From the NCBI GenBank assembly GCA_031391405.1, contig JANMUI010000945.1, positions 1-58,117 on the forward strand: a stretch of 58,117 nt of DNA, read 5' to 3'. A model generated the notes under the pieces. It was not told where the DNA came from, made no database searches, and was given only the letters and a program-made list of their open reading frames with translations. Source of the DNA: Betaproteobacteria bacterium. GTDB taxonomy: Bacteria; Pseudomonadota; Gammaproteobacteria; Burkholderiales; SG8-39. The translations under genes and the position numbers were made by a program. Within the stretch, counting starts at the first letter, position 1, and every line of letters begins with the position of its first letter. This document shows positions 52,811-58,117 of this stretch, piece after piece.

Positions 52811-54079
52811 TCATCGTCGCATCGACAGCGCGAGCAACACGACGGCTGTCGCGAGCAACGCCATCGCGCTCGCCGCGAGCGACCAATGGATGCCGATCAA
52901 ACCACCCACGACCCCCACTGTTACGCCGCTAAAGGCGCGCAGCCCAAGGCTGGACATCGCGAAGAGACCGACGATACGTCCGCGCACCTCGGAGGGTGCG
53001 TGCATTTGCACAAGCGTCTGCGCCATCGAGTTGAATGACAAGTTGAGGAACCCGGCCGCGAACATGAGGACGATCGCCAGGGGGTAGATGGTCGTCGCGG
53101 CGAACCCGCCAAGGGCCACGCACCAGAGCGCGGTAAGGATGATTGCCGTGCGCGGATGGGGGCGCAGCAGTCCACGACTCTCAAGAACGATGGCGGCGGT
53201 GATCGCACCGATTGCATCCGCTGAGAGCAGCATCGTGTAGAAAATCCCGGCGTTGTGGTCGTGGCTGTGATCGAGATCGTGCGCGAACTCAGGCATCTGC
53301 GGCTGATAGGCGTTGCCGACGAACAACGACGCACCGCCCGCGAGAATCATCATGGCGAGAATCACCGGATCGTTGGCGACGCGCTTCAACGTATCGGCCA
53401 CTTCCGCCAGGCCACCGGTACGCGCCGGTGTGGGGAGCGGCGTTGGGGCATCGTCCCTCGCGATCGTGGCAGCGGCTGCGCGTGCCTTCATCCGGCGTGT
53501 GACGAACGCCCATGTGACGACCGGCAGATAAAACGCCATATTGACGAACAGGGCCGTGGTCGGGCTGAACGCCAACATCAGCGCCCCACCGATCGCGGGG
53601 CCGAGCAGCCAGCCAAGGTGGCGCGACGAGGCATTGGTCCGCACCGCGCTTTGCAGATCGGCACGGCCCACCATTTCGTGGATCACGAGTTGCGACGCGG
53701 GCACCGTGATCACGCCAAACAAGCCATGCATCGCCAGCAGCATGCACGCGATCGGCTCAGTCAAGGAACCGGTGAGGATCGCGATGGCCCAGCCAAACGA
53801 CACCGTCATCATCAAAGTCTGGGAGATCTGGATCAAACGCCGCCGGTCGAAGCGATCCGCAAGCGATCCGGCATAGACCGAAAAGAACAGAAACGGCAAC
53901 CAGTGCGTCAAGACGGCCACGCCACCAAGCGTGGGCGAATTGAACATCTGGAACAACACCCAATAGCTGACCACATGCTCCATGCTGTCCGCGGCGGCCG
54001 CGAAGGTGGAGCAGATGAAGTAGTTGCGATACTGGGGATTGCGTAGCGCCGCAAAGGCGCGCGGCGCCGCGGGATCCAC
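52811..54079 (-). CDS. MFS transporter (EntS/DUF894-like subgroup)
   Basis: 422 aa, about 12 hydrophobic segments. N-terminus ALRNPQYRNYF..STF......ME.V..W and GSLADRFDRRRL. GTG start. Confidence 0.85.
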   Translation of the reverse strand: MDPAAPRAFAALRNPQYRNYFICSTFAAAADSMEHVVSYWVLFQMFNSPTLGGVAVLTHWLPFLFFSVYAGSLADRFDRRRLIQISQTLMMTVSFGWAIAILTGSLTEPIACMLLAMHGLFGVITVPASQLVIHEMVGRADLQSAVRTNASSRHLGWLLGPAIGGALMLAFSPTTALFVNMAFYLPVVTWAFVTRRMKARAAAATIARDDAPTPLPTPARTGGLAEVADTLKRVANDPVILAMMILAGGASLFVGNAYQPQMPEFAHDLDHSHDHNAGIFYTMLLSADAIGAITAAIVLESRGLLRPHPRTAIILTALWCVALGGFAATTIYPLAIVLMFAAGFLNLSFNSMAQTLVQMHAPSEVRGRIVGLFAMSSLGLRAFSGVTVGVVGGLIGIHWSLAASAMALLATAVVLLALSMRR

Positions 54080-54338
54080 CTAGGCCGCTACCGGACTGCT
54101 GATCGCTTGCGTGCGGATGAAATCCACCCTATTTCGCACGCCCGCCTTGGCGGGCCCGACTTCCTCGATATCGACTGCGAATCCGGGTTGCATGGAATGG
54201 CCACTCAAAGGGAAGGCGATAGGCTAGGCGGGCGGTGCCGATTGGTCAATGATGACGGATCGTGGAGGCACCACGCGGCGGCCGCAATCGCACGCCGGAG
54301 CCCAGCACATGGCTCGCTCCCTCGGCTAAAGAATTCTT

Positions 54339-54429
54339 TGGCGGAGAGGGTCGGATTCGAACCGACGGTACGTTGAAAACGTACACTGGATTTCGAGTCC
54401 AGCGCATTCGACCACTCTGCCACCTCTCC
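54339..54429 (-). tRNA. tRNA-Ser (anticodon CGA), CCA encoded
   Basis: Minus strand: GGAGAGG-TG-GCAGAGTGGTCGAATGC-G-CTGGA CTCGAAA TCCAG-TGTACGTTTTCAACGTACC-GTCGG TTCGAAT CCGAC-CCTCTCC-G-CCA. The 7-bp acceptor, long variable arm and T-loop GTTCGAATC all fold by eye. Confidence 0.95.
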
Positions 54430-54802
54430 GGATACTGCGACGCGAGCGCTGGTCAACGCTCCCGGGATGCCTCGATTCCACGTTTCACGCTTGCGCATGC
54501 ATGCTTGTACCTGCGGCGCTGCGGTTAAACGGGACGGTCGGGATTGTACACGTGAACGTCGCGGCTTCGAGCGCCGGCCGACGCCTATCGCGCGTATGGC
54601 CTGGACGATGCGCCCACGGGTCGTGACCTGTCGAGTCGCCTTATCCCGCGTGTCTTGGATGCGGGTGTCCCCAGTATGATCAGATCATTGAATCTCGGAG
54701 AACGCTTCCTTGAGGATAGAATCGCGTGTTACCGCCGAAACGCGGGTGCTGGTCGCCTGCGATCGTTGATCCCCAACCCTCGGGCCGCGAGGCCGCATCG
54801 CA

Positions 54803-55687
54803 ATGAATTATCAGGTCTTCGGGCCTGGCCACGTATTGCTCGCGACGACCTTGGTTGCGGCCAATAGTGTGCTTGCCCGGGTTGCGTACGACGCCGGAGC
54901 GAATCCGCTCGCGTTTGTCACCGTCCGCGCCGGTGCCGCAGTCGTGGTCCTGTGGGTGTGGCTGCTGCTGTCGGCCGAACCGTGGAAACTCTCCCTGCGC
55001 GACCGCAATCGCGCCGTGATACTCGGCGCGATCATCGCGTTGAACCATTACGCCCTCAATGTCTCGATCCAGGTCATGCCGGTCGGCCTCGCAGTCCTGG
55101 TCTTCTACCTGTACCCCCTGTTCACGACGATCGCCGATGTGGCGATGAAGCGCGAAACCTTCACGACCCAGACGGCGTTCGCAATCGTCATTACATGCAT
55201 CGGGATGGCAATGGCGCTTCCCGACCAGCCTTCGCGCGCTGATTTGATTGGCCTCGCCTGGGGCCTGGTATCGGCAATGAGCTGGACCGTTGTGCTGTTG
55301 CTGATCGGGCAGTGGTTCCCGACCGGCGATTCGAGGCCGCGCACGCTCTACATGGTGATCACGGCATTCGTCGTATTGTTCGTCTTCGCGCTGGTCACGC
55401 GCGGTGTCGAGTGGCCCGACACGGTCGGCGGTGCCGCCGCTGTGATGGGCGGATCGCTGGCCTACGGATTGGGATTGATGGGGACCTTCATCACGATGGC
55501 GGCACTCGGGCCGGGGCGCGCCGCCTTCTACATGAACTTCGAGCCATTCGCGGCGCTCATGCTGGCGCTCCTGCTACCAGGGAAGCCGCTATCCAAGACC
55601 CAGCTTGTGGGCGCGCTCATCGTGATCGCCGCGCTGTTCATCTTCCGTTTGCCGGCAGCGAAGATCATGCTCGGCCGCCGGCGCTGA
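54803..55687 (+). CDS. DMT-superfamily (EamA-like) transporter
   Basis: 294 aa, ten hydrophobic segments in two EamA-like halves. Confidence 0.8.
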   Translation: MNYQVFGPGHVLLATTLVAANSVLARVAYDAGANPLAFVTVRAGAAVVVLWVWLLLSAEPWKLSLRDRNRAVILGAIIALNHYALNVSIQVMPVGLAVLVFYLYPLFTTIADVAMKRETFTTQTAFAIVITCIGMAMALPDQPSRADLIGLAWGLVSAMSWTVVLLLIGQWFPTGDSRPRTLYMVITAFVVLFVFALVTRGVEWPDTVGGAAAVMGGSLAYGLGLMGTFITMAALGPGRAAFYMNFEPFAALMLALLLPGKPLSKTQLVGALIVIAALFIFRLPAAKIMLGRRR

Positions 55688-55737
55688 CGCGCCATGTGAG
55701 CGCGAGCCGAGATTCCGCTCGCCACGAAGGCGATGCG

Positions 55738-56457
55738 CTACTTTCGGCGTGCAACGAGCAGTACATTGGCAAACGGGGTTCCTTCGCTCATCGGTTGTGT
55801 CGCGACGTCGAACCCGATCCCCTCGAGCAGCGCGCGCCATTCCTTGACCGGCCGACGGTAGAAACGGGGGAAGAGGGTGCCACGCAACATCGTAATGATT
55901 CGATCGCCGAGGGTCGTTACGATGGATCGCCATCCTGCCTCCGTATCACCCACACGCAGGAGCAGAACGCCGCCCGGCGGCAGCGCGGCATGACATCGCT
56001 CAAGAACGCTTTGTTGATCATCGGGATCGATGTAGTGCAAGACATCCAGGATCGCGATGGCATCGCTCGCGGGAATGGGAATACTGCGAATGTCGCCAAG
56101 GCCGACACTTGCACGCTCGCCAAATGCGGTAGTCGCTGCCCGGATGGCCGCCGTGCGCAGGTCGACGCCGTATAAGCGCAGCGCTGAAGGCGGCGGCGTC
56201 CAATCACGCGGCCATGTTTCCGCAGCATGCATTTCGCGGGCGGCGAGGAGGAGAGCGATGAGACAGCCTTGGCCGCATCCGAGATCGGTCAGGCGTCCAC
56301 TGCCCGGGAGCAGGCTTTGCGCCAGCACCGCGAAGAAAACAGGGTCCCCGGACAACTTGCCGCGCGCGAATCCATAAGCAATGCGCCCCGCTTCACGATA
56401 CGGGCGGGCCGCATGCTCAATCAACTGGTCGATCAGAGGGTCACGGCGTGCCGGCAT
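55738..56457 (-). CDS. class I SAM-dependent methyltransferase
   Basis: Motif I LTDLGCGQGCL and post-I ...LYGVDL. ATG 56457 is chosen; the track ORF starts at GTG 56469. Either start overlaps the upstream deacetylase gene. Confidence 0.75.
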   Translation of the reverse strand: MPARRDPLIDQLIEHAARPYREAGRIAYGFARGKLSGDPVFFAVLAQSLLPGSGRLTDLGCGQGCLIALLLAAREMHAAETWPRDWTPPPSALRLYGVDLRTAAIRAATTAFGERASVGLGDIRSIPIPASDAIAILDVLHYIDPDDQQSVLERCHAALPPGGVLLLRVGDTEAGWRSIVTTLGDRIITMLRGTLFPRFYRRPVKEWRALLEGIGFDVATQPMSEGTPFANVLLVARRK

Positions 56458-57313
56458 GACAGCAGGCACTGCGGAGCGTCACCGGCACGAGATTGTGTTC
56501 CGCGATTCGAGTGAGCAGGAGATCGAGCGTGTTCGTCGTTGCGGGACGACTGCGTCCGAGAATGGCTACGCCGTCATGCATCAGAAGAATGTCGCCCGCC
56601 GCGAGATCACGCGACAGCCGGTCCGCGACGACGCTCGGATCGCGCTCCACGGTATCGAATCCGCGGCGAGTCCATGACGCAAGATGCAGTCCAAGCCGGG
56701 CCAGCACGGGCTCCAGCAGCGGCGTACGAAATCCCATCGGCGCCCGAAAGAAAATCGGTGCATGTCCGCAAGCATCCGCGATCGCTGCCTGGGCAGCGGA
56801 GATCTCCCGGTCCAGTCGGCGCGGTCCGTACCAGGGAAAGTGCATCGAATGATGAAACGAGTGATTCTCGACGGTATGGCCGCGCCGCACGATCTCGCGG
56901 ACCAGGCCTGGATGTCGGCGTGCTTGCGTTCCGACGACGAAAAACGTGGCCTTGGCGAGACTCGCATCAAGGCGATCGAGGACTCGGGGCGTGACGTCGG
57001 GGTCGGGGCCATCATCGAATGTCAAGGCAATCTCTCGCCTGCTGGCCGCCGCGTCGGGAAGCCGCGTCAGATTCGCGCCAAGGATGCTGGTTCGCGGCAT
57101 CATTCCAGCGCCGGCCAGTACGCCTTGGTTTGCACCCACGAGCCCAAGCGCCCAGGGCCAAGTGTCGGGAAACAGCAAAGCTGTGGCCGCACAGGCGGCA
57201 TGCAGACCGTACGACACACGAATCGCTGCCGACGGGCGCCACCGCCTGGGAACGCTATCGGCAAGGGTGTTCGGTGCAGTGGGGACGGCAATTGGAAACA
57301 AAATTGGTGACAA
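56441..57313 (-). CDS. membrane-anchored polysaccharide deacetylase (NodB homology domain)
   Basis: LTFDDGPDP, TFFVVG and GHTVENHSFHH motifs. Hydrophobic N-terminus. TTG start at 57313 is uncertain. Confidence 0.8.
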   Translation of the reverse strand: MSPILFPIAVPTAPNTLADSVPRRWRPSAAIRVSYGLHAACAATALLFPDTWPWALGLVGANQGVLAGAGMMPRTSILGANLTRLPDAAASRREIALTFDDGPDPDVTPRVLDRLDASLAKATFFVVGTQARRHPGLVREIVRRGHTVENHSFHHSMHFPWYGPRRLDREISAAQAAIADACGHAPIFFRAPMGFRTPLLEPVLARLGLHLASWTRRGFDTVERDPSVVADRLSRDLAAGDILLMHDGVAILGRSRPATTNTLDLLLTRIAEHNLVPVTLRSACCHAGTP

Positions 57314-57641
57314 GATTAACCCTTTGGTTGGTCCGGACGTTGGCGCGGCCTATACGCTCACGCAAGATCGACCGGCGGCGCGAAGTTAAGCGAATCGGTC
57401 CAATTGAGCAAGCTCACGGTCAAGTTTGATGCGTTTGACAGGCGGCTGATCCGCGACGACGAAGCGTTGGACGTGCAATCCACCGCATCGCATACCATTG
57501 GTACGACCGCGCGCATGCGGCGTCGAATCATCCGCAAGCAGGGTCCCGCCATCGTGCATGCGGCCAGCCGACGATGCGGCGTACCGCATCGACTATCACG
57601 CAGAAGGCGAATCCCATCCTCACTCTTCCTACTCATTTCAT

Positions 57642-58117
57642 ATGTTGCCGGTGCAGCCTGCCGCGCGGCGTCGGGTCCCTCGTCGTCGCGATCGCGGCGC
57701 TCGCTTCGCCGTTGGCTGTCACCGCGGCAGAGCTTCCGAAGTGGGAGCTCGGTGCCGGCGTATTTGCCATGCGGCTCCCCGATTATCGTGGATCGAATGA
57801 ATATCGCAACTACCTCATCCCCGTGCCATATGTGGTCTATCGGGGCGAGCGATTGCAACTCGATCGGCGGGGTGCCACCGGTATCCTGTTCGAGTCGAAG
57901 CGCGTCGAGTTGGACGTGTCTGCCAATGCCACGAACCCGGTCCGGAGCGACCGGAACCAGGCGCGCGCGGGAATGCGCGATCTTTATCCGACCGTCGAGC
58001 TGGGGCCGCGCCTACGGCTCACCATCCTGGAGAGCCCCTCGCGCGGTGAGAAACTCAACTTCGAGCTTCCGCTCCGGGCGGTGTTGGCATTGGATTTTCC
58101 GAGCGCGCGTTACATCG
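57642..58117 (+). CDS. MipA/OmpV-family outer-membrane protein, 3'-partial at the window edge; apparent 1-nt frame problem in the signal-peptide region
   Basis: Not in the track (no stop in window). Conserved frame from 57661: PRGVGSLVVAIAALASPLAVTAAELPKWELGAGVFAMRLPDYRGSNEYRNYLIPVPYVVYRGERLQLDRRG... The only nearby ATG (57642, MLPVQPAARRR...) is in a different frame. Confidence 0.65.

Noticed and set aside
54339-54802. Genomic island integrated at tRNA-Ser
   Set aside because: No integrase, no duplicated tRNA 3' segment seen in the window, and the flanking genes (MFS, DMT transporter) look compositionally native.

Overview
High-G+C proteobacterial chromosomal segment. The order trxB, crp-like, ftsK, lolA, rarA, serS resembles beta/gamma-proteobacterial synteny; I cannot name the organism. 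I count about 50 protein genes and one tRNA-Ser(CGA). I saw no rRNA, CRISPR array, transposase, integrase or prophage. Main blocks, left to right: (1) partial haloacetate-dehalogenase-like hydrolase; (2) form-II CO-dehydrogenase-type molybdoenzyme coxS-L-M; (3) exported MBL-fold and PQQ-propeller proteins facing a TonB-dependent receptor; (4) ArnT-like GT39 glycosyltransferase with no usable start codon; (5) a same-strand array of epimerase, TldD, TldE/PmbA, protealysin-like M4 protease and emfourin-like inhibitor; (6) a small accessory patch with an orphan HExxH protein and vapBC; (7) mixed metabolic genes; (8) the housekeeping core glnB, trxB, crp-like, ftsK, lolA, rarA, serS; (9) fatty-acid genes and a split chromate transporter; (10) a Pantoea-type zeaxanthin operon, crtE-[ABC ATPase-ABC-2 permease]-crtZ-crtY-crtI-crtB, with iterated repeats upstream; (11) MFS transporter, tRNA-Ser, DMT transporter, methyltransferase, deacetylase and a partial MipA. 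Several intergenic gaps hold three interrelated repeat families: GGACGCAGAGGAC hairpin elements, a 36-bp GTTCGCCCTGAGCCTGTCGAAGGGTGAGCG unit, and GGGAAAA heptamers. Two of these supply the stop codons of ftsK and rarA. The most unusual candidate is the ABC-2 exporter pair translationally embedded in the carotenoid operon. All family assignments come from motifs I recognised by eye in the translations. No database search was run, and many long antisense ORFs in the track are high-GC shadow ORFs.
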